Positions 9,354 through 17,766 of a stretch of 64,000 nt of DNA are shown here, piece by piece (position 1 is the first letter of the stretch; every line of letters begins with the position of its first letter). Source of the stretch: Candidatus Uhrbacteria bacterium (GTDB taxonomy: Bacteria > Patescibacteriota > Patescibacteriia > JACPHY01); the NCBI GenBank assembly GCA_016188355.1, contig JACPHY010000016.1:66345-130344 (forward strand), in the 5' to 3' direction. Made by a program: the position numbers and the translations under genes. The notes under the pieces are model-generated. The model ran no database searches. It was given only the letters and a program-made list of their open reading frames with translations, and had not been told where the DNA came from.

Positions 9354-10501
9354 TGCGCTCGGGATGCGCGTGCAACCGCACGAGCGACGGTGGGAACCAC
9401 CTTTGGATCAAAGAGAGAGGGAATGATGTGTTCTGGGGTAGGACGCGACACGAGACGGGCCAGGGCGTGCGCTGCGGCGATTTGCATTGCCTCGGTGATT
9501 CGTGGAGCGCGTGCGGTAATGGCACCGCGGAAGATCCCTGGATACGCGAGTGCGTTGTTCACTTGATTGGGGAAATCGCTGCGTCCGGTGCCTACGACGC
9601 CTGCGCCTGCGGCACGGGCGAGGTCGGGCATGATTTCCGGGATCGGATTGGCCATGGCAAAGATGATGGGTTTCGGCGTCATGGTACGGACCATGTCTGG
9701 GGTGATGATGCCGGGCTTCGAGACGCCAATGCACACATCTGCCCCCACGAGCGCATCGGCGAGGGTGCCACATCGGTTTTGTTTGTTGGTGTGTGCGAGG
9801 AGTTCGCGTTTTGCGGGATAGAGGTCTGACCGTGCGTCACAGATGAGGCCGTGCGAGTCGATGAGGAGACAGTCGTGGACATGAGGCGCGAGGAGCTTCG
9901 TGATTGCGGTTCCTGCGGCTCCCGCGCCGATGATGACCACCGTGAGCGTGCGGAGTGATCGTTTTGTGGCGCGACACGCATTGAGGAGCGCAGCAAATAC
10001 CACCACTGCGGTACCGTGCTGGTCGTCGTGCATGACGGGGATACCGAGATCCTGCAGTTGCTCCTCAATGGCAAAGCAGCGCGGCGCAGCAATATCCTCA
10101 AGATTCACTGCGGCGAACGAGGGCGCGATGGCGCGTACCGTCGCAACGATTTCATCTACGTTTTGCGTGGCGAGGCAGATCGGGAATGCCCGGAGACCAG
10201 CGAAGGTCGAAAAGATGGCTGCCTTACCCTCCATGACCGGGAGTGCGGCGCGTGGACCAATATCGCCGAGGCCGAGAACCGCCGAACCGTCGGTGACGAT
10301 CGCCACGGTATCGCCAGCAATGGTGTAGCGCCGTACCTCCTCGGGATGTTCCGCGATACGCATGCATGCTTGTGCGACGCCCGGGGTGTAAGCGATGGAG
10401 AGATCGCGGCGCGATCGAAGCGGGAGTTTCGAGGTGATGCGCAATTTGCCGCCTCGATGTGCAGCGAGAATGGTGGCGAGTGCAGAGTGGGGGCGTGACA
10501 T
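9350..10501 (-). CDS. NAD(P)-dependent malic enzyme (short bacterial form)
   Basis: Malic enzyme motifs: LSIAYTPGVA, VTDGSAVLGLGDIGP, Rossmann GAGAAG, VFAMANPIPE. Confidence 0.85.
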   Translation of the reverse strand: MSRPHSALATILAAHRGGKLRITSKLPLRSRRDLSIAYTPGVAQACMRIAEHPEEVRRYTIAGDTVAIVTDGSAVLGLGDIGPRAALPVMEGKAAIFSTFAGLRAFPICLATQNVDEIVATVRAIAPSFAAVNLEDIAAPRCFAIEEQLQDLGIPVMHDDQHGTAVVVFAALLNACRATKRSLRTLTVVIIGAGAAGTAITKLLAPHVHDCLLIDSHGLICDARSDLYPAKRELLAHTNKQNRCGTLADALVGADVCIGVSKPGIITPDMVRTMTPKPIIFAMANPIPEIMPDLARAAGAGVVGTGRSDFPNQVNNALAYPGIFRGAITARAPRITEAMQIAAAHALARLVSRPTPEHIIPSLFDPKVVPTVARAVARASRAH

Positions 10502-10576
10502 AGAGAGCGGAAGAGGTCATTGCGTACTCTCTGAGCGTTTCATGGGGAATTGTGGGTCGTCAATGATATATGAAAC

Positions 10577-10600
10577 AACCCACGCCGCGTGGCGTGGGTT
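10577..10600 (-). terminator. Hairpin AACCCACGCC-gcgt-GGCGTGGGTT downstream of a small minus-strand ORF
   Basis: Perfect 10-bp inverted repeat. The minus-strand side is followed by a GTTTCATATAT tract. It separates the small ORF from the malic enzyme gene. Confidence 0.5.
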
Positions 10601-10607
10601 GTGCTAG

Positions 10608-10916
10608 CTAGCGAATGAGCTCCATGCGCGTGTCCCCATTCGCGATGAGGAGCACCGGGAACGCATCTCGGAGTGTCGTGACGAGCTTGGGGGGGACGGA
10701 GAGCATGACGACTCCAAGGGAATTCAGGGTACTGAATTGGGGGTCGAGGTCCTTTGGTCCGTGCTCCTGGAGCCATGCGGCGAGCAAGGATTGGATTGCC
10801 GCAGTTTCGTCTGCTCGCGTGGCGCATTTCGTTTGTCGTTGCGGCGCATCCGGATGGTTTCGGTCATACATGGCGACGAGACAGACGGTAGCGGCGGGTG
10901 GACTGGTGGGGGACAT
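10608..10916 (-). CDS. Small hypothetical protein (102 aa)
   Basis: ORF between two minus-strand genes with its own downstream hairpin. No family recognised. Confidence 0.35.
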   Translation of the reverse strand: MSPTSPPAATVCLVAMYDRNHPDAPQRQTKCATRADETAAIQSLLAAWLQEHGPKDLDPQFSTLNSLGVVMLSVPPKLVTTLRDAFPVLLIANGDTRMELIR

Positions 10917-10937
10917 GGGACATCTCCTTTGGGATGG

Positions 10938-11807
10938 CTATCCGCGGAGCGCGCTGATGATACGTTCGTGCACCGCGCGATCGCGGGAGCAGACGAGTCC
11001 GGGAATGCGCTGATCGGGATAATCGAGATAGTTCGGAATAGGATTGCCCGCGAAATCGCTCACGCATCCTCCCGCATGCTCCACGATCCATGCCGCCATG
11101 CCAAAATCGAGGAGCTTTGCGCGGGGCTTCACGATCGCCGCGGCATCACCAGCAAGAACGCTCGGCACGCCGTACCGCCATTGCTGTGGATTGGGACCTG
11201 GATACGTGGAACACGCGATGGTGTTGCCGTCCGCACGGAGTCTGGACATCGCCGCCGGATCGATGTGTTCGTCCCAGACAGCGATCGCGGTGCTCTCCGG
11301 GCGGAGCCGTAGTGGCTGTCCGCCCGTCGGGAGCGAGAGGGAGAGACCTTTGAGTGAGTCGAGGAGATGGATGCTGCGGGGGCCGGACAGTCCCTCCACC
11401 ATGACATACGCGCGTCCTTGGTGTGGCATGCAGTACACGCCCGCGACGATGGTGTCACGACGGAGCAGGGTGCAGGCGATACCGAAGTACGGAATGCCGT
11501 CCGCGTAGTACTTGGTGCCGTCGATCGGATCGAGGAGCATCATGTGATTCGCGTCGGATGGGAAGTAGCCAATATTGAGGGAGTGCGCTGCTTCCTCAGG
11601 ATCGAAGCGGATCGGATAGCCGGCGCTCAGGAGTTCGACCTCGAAGAAATTCTGGACCGAGAGATCCGCGTCGGTGAGCGCGCGGGTGAACGGATTGCCG
11701 CCTTTCTTTTCCGGTTGCAGTCGTACGCGGGATTGGATGGCGACGGCGTACGATCCTGCAGTGACACAGCAGCGGAGGAGGTGATTCACGAAGTTGATGT
11801 AGTTCAC
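10938..11807 (-). CDS. Inositol monophosphatase-family phosphatase (paralogue 2; GTG start)
   Basis: LLDPIDGTKYY motif. Aligns along its length with 8439..9353 (…AVAIQSRV…, …WIVEHAGG…, …ALRG). No in-frame ATG near the start; GTG at 11807. Confidence 0.7.
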   Translation of the reverse strand: MNYINFVNHLLRCCVTAGSYAVAIQSRVRLQPEKKGGNPFTRALTDADLSVQNFFEVELLSAGYPIRFDPEEAAHSLNIGYFPSDANHMMLLDPIDGTKYYADGIPYFGIACTLLRRDTIVAGVYCMPHQGRAYVMVEGLSGPRSIHLLDSLKGLSLSLPTGGQPLRLRPESTAIAVWDEHIDPAAMSRLRADGNTIACSTYPGPNPQQWRYGVPSVLAGDAAAIVKPRAKLLDFGMAAWIVEHAGGCVSDFAGNPIPNYLDYPDQRIPGLVCSRDRAVHERIISALRG

Positions 11808-11828
11808 GACTTCTTGCTTTCTCGCGTT

Positions 11829-13058
11829 TCAGGGTTGCGGATGATGCTCGGCGGTTTTCGCCACGAGCGGCGCGATGCACTTCATGTTGAGGAGCACGAT
11901 GCCGAGCGTGAGCACGCCTGCTCCGAGGCTCATGCCGAGCTGGAGGGCACTCGGGAGGCTCGTAAATTGTTCCCCCCACGCCGTGCGGGCAATGGCGTAC
12001 GCAGTAATGCCGCCGAGCGGAACATCGACAGCACACATGAGTCGGATTTCCGTATGGACGAGTCGCACGAGCAGGACGAAGAACTTCCCGAGCGCGATCG
12101 GCCAATGCCAGAGGAGGTGCGAACCGATCGCCCAGAGGCACCGGAACGACCAACGGACGATCGCGCGGAGTGCCTGCCCATAGAGCAGGATGGGCGCCCA
12201 CCAAGGCTGCAGGGAAAACGGATTACTGAGGAGATCCTGCGCGCGCATTTGGCGCTCGAAGGTGCGTGCGTCTCGCCCGATCTCTTCGCGGAGTGCGCGA
12301 AGTTCCGGGTCTTGCGCGTCGGTGGCGGGCGGCACATCCATTGCGGCGCGCCGGAGCGTCAGCCGATCTGCCCACCGTTCCGTCCACGTTTCGTTGCCGA
12401 GGATGCCCACGAAGATGCTGGGAAGAACCCAGAGGACGACCGCCCAGAGCACCGCGGCGAATACGGCAACGCCCAGCGGGCCGAATGCGCCGAACACGAG
12501 ACCGCCCAACGGGCAGGCGACGGCGATCGCGATTCCGCATCCGACAAATACCATGTAGGCTCGATTTGCTATTTTTCCTGGGAAGTCTCCCGGTGGTGCA
12601 TCGGTCGAGGCGATGCCGATGAACAGGACGAGGATCGGGATAATCCAGGGGAGATACCACCCACCCATCTCTGCTCTCATCCAACCGCCAGCTGCGGAAA
12701 ACGCGGGGACGTTCGGTACGGCGAGCGAGTAGGCGATCCATCCGGCCGCGATGGCGACCACCACGGAGTACCAGAACATGGGGCGGAACCCACGGAAGAA
12801 GGTGCGTAGCCCGCGGCGCGAGGTGGACATCGCGGCGGCGACATTCGGCATCGTTTCTCTGGCCACCTTCGGAATCGCCGCGACCACCGCGCCGGTATGC
12901 GGACCGACGTATCCAATGATTGCGCCGAGGACGATGCTGATCCCGAGGGCGGGAATCGCACCGAGCGCGGGAACGAGCGTGAGCATGCTGAGGTACACGA
13001 GCGCGCCGCCACCCACACCCGTGGCGACGACGTTGACCATGCGCGGATTCGGGTGCAT
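11829..13058 (-). CDS. Integral membrane protein, function unknown
   Basis: Start at MHPNPRMVNV (rc ATG 13058) with GGAGGG SD 3-4 nt upstream. Multiple TM helices. The longer ORF N-terminus is extension. Confidence 0.55.
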   Translation of the reverse strand: MHPNPRMVNVVATGVGGGALVYLSMLTLVPALGAIPALGISIVLGAIIGYVGPHTGAVVAAIPKVARETMPNVAAAMSTSRRGLRTFFRGFRPMFWYSVVVAIAAGWIAYSLAVPNVPAFSAAGGWMRAEMGGWYLPWIIPILVLFIGIASTDAPPGDFPGKIANRAYMVFVGCGIAIAVACPLGGLVFGAFGPLGVAVFAAVLWAVVLWVLPSIFVGILGNETWTERWADRLTLRRAAMDVPPATDAQDPELRALREEIGRDARTFERQMRAQDLLSNPFSLQPWWAPILLYGQALRAIVRWSFRCLWAIGSHLLWHWPIALGKFFVLLVRLVHTEIRLMCAVDVPLGGITAYAIARTAWGEQFTSLPSALQLGMSLGAGVLTLGIVLLNMKCIAPLVAKTAEHHPQP

Positions 13059-13231
13059 AGACCCTCCTTGGTTCTGTTGTGAACGAACCGTACGATCTGG
13101 CGCAACTGTAGGGGGAGCGACATCTGCTGTCAATGGGAGCGGCGGAGGCACGGTGTCTTCGTTTCTGTGTGGTTCGCGTTGCATTCGTCCACTGCGTTGA
13201 TGGCGCGAATGCGGTACGATGCGAATGTGCT

Positions 13232-14383
13232 ATGCGTCACCTCACCGTCTCTGAATTTTTGCAGGGCATCAACGACGTGCTCTCCGGAGTTCCCGCACTC
13301 ATTGAGGGCGAGGTTTCTGGTTTTGCAATTCGCCAAGAACGATGGGTCTTCTTTTCCCTGAAAGACGCTTCGGGAATCGTGGACTGCTTCATGCCGATTT
13401 GGAAGTTGCGACACGAAGTTGCGGATGGCATGCTCGTGCGCATTGCGGGAGTGCCGGGCGTGTATGCAAAATCTGGCCGATTTCGCATCACAGTGGAAGC
13501 ACTGGAGCCGGTGGGTGAGGGGAGTCTTCGTCGTGCGTTTGAGCTCCTCAAGCAGAAACTAGAACAAGAGGGAGTCTTTGCGGCTGCGCGCAAGCGATTG
13601 CTCCCCCGGTTCCCATCGCGGATTGGTCTCATTGCTTCATCCGAATCGGCAGCGTACACCGATTTTGTTCGCATCTTGAAAAACCGCTGGGGTGACGTAG
13701 AGATCCTGGTGCAGGACGTGGCGGTGCAGGGAGCGGATGCCATTGATGATATTTGCGGAGCTTTTCGGTGGTGGAGTACTGCGCGCGGTGATCGTCCCGA
13801 GGTGCTCGTGCTCATCCGTGGAGGAGGTTCACTCGAAGATATCCAGGCGTTTAATGCGGAGGCTGTGGCGCGCGCCATCTTTGCATCACCGATCCCCGTG
13901 GTGGTCGGTGTGGGTCATGAGCGAGACATTACCATTGCGGATTTGGTTGCAGATCTTCGCGCATCCACGCCATCGAATGCCGCGGAGCTTGTGGTCCCCG
14001 ATCGACGGGAAATTTTGGCGGCGATTAATGGACATTCGGAGGGCATGGCAATGACGCTGCGGATGCGTGTCGCGCGCTGTCGGAGTGCGGTGGATCGTTT
14101 TCTCTTTCATGGCACCGCGTTCGCGCATGCTCGTCTCGTCCGTATTGATGCACTGGTGCATGGTATCGCACACCGCGCGCGGCTGCGGATGATGGAGACA
14201 CGGACGCGGATCGATGGGGCCGAGCGGCTCCTCGAGAATTTGAACCCCCTCCGTATGTTGGCGCGTGGGTATTCGCTAACATGGGTGCGAGGCCGATTGA
14301 TTCGTTCCGCGAATACCGTGGCACGCGGTGATGTGGTCCACACGCGTTTTAGTGACGGAGCAATCGACGCAGTGGTGCAATAA
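13232..14383 (+). CDS. xseA: Exodeoxyribonuclease VII large subunit XseA
   Basis: N-terminal OB fold (MRHLTVSEFLQGINDVL…EGEVSGF…). Central catalytic region. Followed by xseB. Confidence 0.85.
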   Translation: MRHLTVSEFLQGINDVLSGVPALIEGEVSGFAIRQERWVFFSLKDASGIVDCFMPIWKLRHEVADGMLVRIAGVPGVYAKSGRFRITVEALEPVGEGSLRRAFELLKQKLEQEGVFAAARKRLLPRFPSRIGLIASSESAAYTDFVRILKNRWGDVEILVQDVAVQGADAIDDICGAFRWWSTARGDRPEVLVLIRGGGSLEDIQAFNAEAVARAIFASPIPVVVGVGHERDITIADLVADLRASTPSNAAELVVPDRREILAAINGHSEGMAMTLRMRVARCRSAVDRFLFHGTAFAHARLVRIDALVHGIAHRARLRMMETRTRIDGAERLLENLNPLRMLARGYSLTWVRGRLIRSANTVARGDVVHTRFSDGAIDAVVQ

Positions 14384-14438
14384 TCCGCTATCCACAAGGT
14401 ACGGATGCGTAGGAGTGTGCGACAATGCACGTCACGGT

Positions 14439-14696
14439 ATGACCAAGCGGAAAACAACATTTGCAGAAGCATTTGGCGAGCTCGAGGCCATCGCGCGATG
14501 GTTTGAGCGTGACGCGGTTGATATCGAGGAGGGGCTCGAGAAATTCGAGCGTGGTATGGCGCTCGCGAAGGAACTCCGGCAGCGCCTCACCGATGCGGAG
14601 GTGCGCATCCAGAAGATTGAGGAACGTTTCGCGCCTCCGGAATCACCCGACCGCGCGGATTGCGACCCCACCACCACGGAGCCTCCGTCATTTTGA
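14439..14696 (+). CDS. xseB: Exodeoxyribonuclease VII small subunit XseB
   Basis: MTKRKTTFAEAFGELEAIARWFE…LEKFERGMALAKELRQRL is the canonical XseB helical hairpin. Confidence 0.8.
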   Translation: MTKRKTTFAEAFGELEAIARWFERDAVDIEEGLEKFERGMALAKELRQRLTDAEVRIQKIEERFAPPESPDRADCDPTTTEPPSF

Positions 14697-14699
14697 GAT

Positions 14700-15518
14700 A
14701 TGGAAAGAATTCTTGTTTTTGATATTGAAACGCAGAAGGAGTTTGCGGAGGTGGGCGGCGCGCACAATCGTCATTTACTGGGGGTTGCGGTCATCGGTTG
14801 TTACGATTCCGGAACGGATACGTACCTCACCTTTGAAGAAAAAGAGGTGCTCGCATTCGGAAAATTGCTCCGCGCCGCAGATTTGGTGATTGGTTTTAAC
14901 AGCGAGCACTTCGATCTCCCGGTGCTCCAGCCGTATTTGCCGTTCGATACATCGAAAGTGCCCTCACTCGATCTCATGAAGGAGCTCGAGCGGCATCTGG
15001 GGCATCGCGTGTCTCTGGATTCGTGTGCGGAGGCGACGCTCCAGCAGAAGAAATCTGGTGATGGTCTTCAGGCGATTCGATGGTTCCGTGAGGGAAAAAT
15101 TGATCAGGTGAAGAAATACTGTTTGGATGATGTCCGCATTACGCGAGAGCTGTACGAGTACGGGTGTCAGCATGGGCAGGTGTATTTCATGGGGAAGGAT
15201 GGAGCGAAGCGCGCGGTCCCTATTGCTTGGGGTTCGGGGCCGGGGAAGAAAACTCCGGTACGTACCGTGCTCGAGGAGGCACTGCGCCGTGGGCAGCGTG
15301 TGGAGATCGAATATGTATCTACGATGGCCGCGGAGGGTGAGGATCATCGGAATCGGCGGAAGATTGATGTACTGAGCGTGCATGGTGATGTCGTAGATGC
15401 GTACTGTCATCTTCGGAAGGATACCCGACGCTTCGCGATCGACCGCATCACTGACATCGTACTCCTGAGCGAAACCACGGATGCCGCATTGCGGATGGGG
15501 CAACATGCGCTCCTCTGA
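14700..15518 (+). CDS. DEDDy-type 3'-5' exonuclease (RNase H-like fold) fused to a C-terminal WYL domain
   Basis: Exo I VFDIET. Exo II GFNSEHFDLPVL. Exo III YCLDDVRITRELY. C-terminus RVEIEYVS…RKIDVLSVHGDVVDAYCHLRKDTRRFAIDRI fits the WYL domain pattern. Starts 4 nt after xseB. Confidence 0.65.
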   Translation: MERILVFDIETQKEFAEVGGAHNRHLLGVAVIGCYDSGTDTYLTFEEKEVLAFGKLLRAADLVIGFNSEHFDLPVLQPYLPFDTSKVPSLDLMKELERHLGHRVSLDSCAEATLQQKKSGDGLQAIRWFREGKIDQVKKYCLDDVRITRELYEYGCQHGQVYFMGKDGAKRAVPIAWGSGPGKKTPVRTVLEEALRRGQRVEIEYVSTMAAEGEDHRNRRKIDVLSVHGDVVDAYCHLRKDTRRFAIDRITDIVLLSETTDAALRMGQHALL

Positions 15519-15619
15519 GCGCGATGCGTCTTGACGGTTGGGGCATGTTTGCGTACGCTCGTCGTACGTTGTTCTTTGTATTGGTATTGCGTGATGCCTG
15601 ATATCAGGCGGGAGGATCC

Positions 15620-16279
15620 ATGCGACGACCGATTCGGCGGATCATGTTCTGGGATTATAACGGGACATTGCTCCACGACTGCATGTACGTGTACGAGGGT
15701 TACGTGCACGTGTTCCGACGATTTGGAATCGCGCCGCCTCCATTCGAGGTCTGGCGAGATCAGGTGGTGCCCGCATATCCCACGTTCTACTGGGAGTGTG
15801 GAATTCCGTGTTCCGTATCCGGTGAGGAGATCAACGCGCTGCTCCTCGAGGCGCTCGCCACGATCGCGCCGCCACTCCCGTTTCCCGATGCAGTAGAGGT
15901 AGTGCAGCATTGCGCATTCGCGGGGATTACATGCATCGTGGTGAGCGGATTCCCGAAGGACCACATTATTGCGACACTCGACCGCTTGCAGTTTCGTGCG
16001 TGTTTTGCGGATGTGGTCGGCACGATTGCGCAGAAGACGCTCACGCTCCAGCGGTACCTTGCTGCATTTCAGTGCGCCCCCCACGAGGCGCTGCTCGTGG
16101 GCGATACGGTGTTCGATGCGGAGGCAGCGCATGCCGCATCCATTCCCTCCTGTATCTGTCCGCGAAGTGGCTACCATCCGCGCGATCGCATCGAGGGCGC
16201 GCGAGCACGCATCCCGAGTATGACGATTGTTGAGGATCTGCATGCAGTGCTGCGGCACGTTTTTGAGGAGGATAGTTGA
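15620..16279 (+). CDS. HAD-superfamily hydrolase (phosphoglycolate phosphatase-like)
   Basis: Motif I MFWDYNGTL (DxD-like). Motif IV VGDTVFDAEAA. Overall HAD size. Confidence 0.55.
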   Translation: MRRPIRRIMFWDYNGTLLHDCMYVYEGYVHVFRRFGIAPPPFEVWRDQVVPAYPTFYWECGIPCSVSGEEINALLLEALATIAPPLPFPDAVEVVQHCAFAGITCIVVSGFPKDHIIATLDRLQFRACFADVVGTIAQKTLTLQRYLAAFQCAPHEALLVGDTVFDAEAAHAASIPSCICPRSGYHPRDRIEGARARIPSMTIVEDLHAVLRHVFEEDS

Positions 16280-16287
16280 GGATGCAC

Positions 16288-16319
16288 GGAGGCGAGCGCA
16301 TCGCCTCCGTTTTGCTGTT
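16288..16319 (+). terminator. Rho-independent terminator GGAGGCGA-gcgca-TCGCCTCC + GTTTTGCTGTT
   Basis: 8-bp GC stem plus U-tract, 9 nt after the HAD stop. Confidence 0.65.
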
Positions 16320-16524
16320 ACGAGGGCGGTATTGACGGTGTACCGTCGGGTTGGTACGTTAGAGATCCACGCCGGAGACAGCGGCCGCCGATCTCCCGAA
16401 ACGGATTTCGGCTTAATCTGCCGCCGAGGCAAAGCTCCCACTCGCATTTGTGAGTGGATGGTCGATGCTTTGACGTGCCGGCGGGCACGTTATTTTGTTT
16501 GGTCGAATCATTCGACGAATTTGC
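16320..16524 (+). promoter_or_regulatory. Structured 5' leader of the rplJ-rplL operon (putative L10 leader / attenuator)
   Basis: About 200 nt of non-coding sequence before rplJ with several hairpins: CCACTCgcatttgtGAGTGG, and ACGTGCC-ggcg-GGCACGT followed by TATTTTGTTT at 16473..16500, 24 nt before the rplJ ATG. Position matches the autoregulatory L10 leader known in many bacteria. Confidence 0.45.
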
Positions 16525-17076
16525 ATGCCAAAGACGAAAGCACAAAAAATGGCGATTGCGGAAGGACTGTCGGATCGTCTGCGACGCATGTCGGGAGCGG
16601 TCATCGCAGATTTTGGAGGTCTCAAAATGGAGGAATTCGATGCGTTGCGCGCAAAGGGTCGCGCGGAACAGTGCGAGTACATGGTCGTGAAGAAGACGTT
16701 GTTCACGCGCGCGCTCCAGGACGCAGGCATGGCGTTCGATGCATCGAGCATGGCAGCGGGCGTTAGTGTGCTCCTGGGATTTGCGGATCCCGTTGCACCC
16801 GCAAAGCTCGCAAAGACGTTCGCAAAGGATCATCCTGCGCTTCGGGTGCTGGGTGGATTCTTGCGGGAGGATGCGGCAGTGCGCGTGTTGACGACCCAAG
16901 AAACCGTTGCGCTTGGTTCGCTCCCGAGCCGCGAGGTACTCATTGCACGGGCGGTAGGTAGCATCGCTGCTCCGCTTCGAGGAATGCTCGGTGTGCTCCA
17001 GGGCAACACCCGGAATCTCGTGGGCGTCCTACAGGCAATCGCGCAGGCAAAGGCTGGGGCAGCGTCGGCATCATAA
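16525..17076 (+). CDS. rplJ: 50S ribosomal protein L10
   Basis: [19 protein letters not shown]…[21 protein letters not shown]… is typical of L10. Confidence 0.9.
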   Translation: MPKTKAQKMAIAEGLSDRLRRMSGAVIADFGGLKMEEFDALRAKGRAEQCEYMVVKKTLFTRALQDAGMAFDASSMAAGVSVLLGFADPVAPAKLAKTFAKDHPALRVLGGFLREDAAVRVLTTQETVALGSLPSREVLIARAVGSIAAPLRGMLGVLQGNTRNLVGVLQAIAQAKAGAASAS

Positions 17077-17093
17077 ATGGTATTCATTGCAAT

Positions 17094-17501
17094 ATGGCAG
17101 ACGATCAGAAGGTTGAGGTCCCCGAGAAGTTTCAGGGCATCGTGACCGCGATTGAGCAGCTCAATGTCTTGGATCTCGCGGAGCTCGTGAAGGTACTTGA
17201 GGCGAAGTTCGGGGTATCCGCGGCGGCTCCGGTTGCCATGATGGCGGCTCCGGCGGCAGGTGGCGCGGCGGCAGAAGCAGCGGAGGAGCAGTCGGCGTTC
17301 TCTGTAGAGCTCACCGCGGCAGGCGATAAGAAGATTGACGTAATCAAGGCGATCCGCGCGCTCTCGGATATCGGTCTCAAGGACGCGAAGGATCTCGTGG
17401 ACGGCGCCCCGAAGATGATCAAGGAGGGCGTCCCCAAGGCGCAGGCGCAGGAGTGGAAGAAGAAGCTCGAAGAAGCGGGAGCGAAGGTGACGCTCAAGTG
17501 A
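17094..17501 (+). CDS. rplL: 50S ribosomal protein L7/L12
   Basis: Ala-rich hinge and the C-terminal domain …[50 protein letters not shown]. Confidence 0.9.
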   Translation: MADDQKVEVPEKFQGIVTAIEQLNVLDLAELVKVLEAKFGVSAAAPVAMMAAPAAGGAAAEAAEEQSAFSVELTAAGDKKIDVIKAIRALSDIGLKDAKDLVDGAPKMIKEGVPKAQAQEWKKKLEEAGAKVTLK

Positions 17502-17612
17502 TCACGTCGCAACAGAAAAATAGTTTCCTTCCCGACGTGATCATCCTGAGGATCTGCAAGATCCGAAGGATCTCACCCGACCCGACGTGATCATCCTGAG
17601 GATCTCACCCGA
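17499..17612. repeat. Tandem direct repeat (2 x 25 bp CCCGACGTGATCATCCTGAGGATCT at 17531 and 17581; 50-bp period, second copy carries an 18-bp deletion) with nested inverted repeats
   Basis: Seen directly. Also TGATCACGTCG (17499) / CGACGTGATCA (17533) inverted repeat, GGATCT/AGATCC palindromes, and GGATCTCACCCGA twice. Sits where rpoB normally follows rplL. Confidence 0.7.
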
Positions 17613-17766
17613 TGAGATGGAACGTTCGGTCTCAGGGTCGTCCTGCTCGAGCGGAGCGCGCGGAGTTTTCCGCACGACATGAGAGAAGCAGCAACCGTGC
17701 CATCGAGGCACGGTTGCTGTGTTTTGGCAACGAAGCGCCCCACTCATCGAGGAGTGGGGCGGACGG

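Noticed and set aside
11367-12809. 480-aa ORF on the plus strand
   Set aside because: Antisense to the IMPase-family paralogue and the membrane protein gene. Charged junk-like composition (runs of E/D/R). No start context.
17531-17605. Possible mini CRISPR array (two 25-bp repeats with a 25-bp spacer)
   Set aside because: Only two repeat copies. The second is part of a 50-bp tandem duplication with an internal deletion. No cas genes, and the repeats contain nested palindromes more typical of terminator or REP-like elements.
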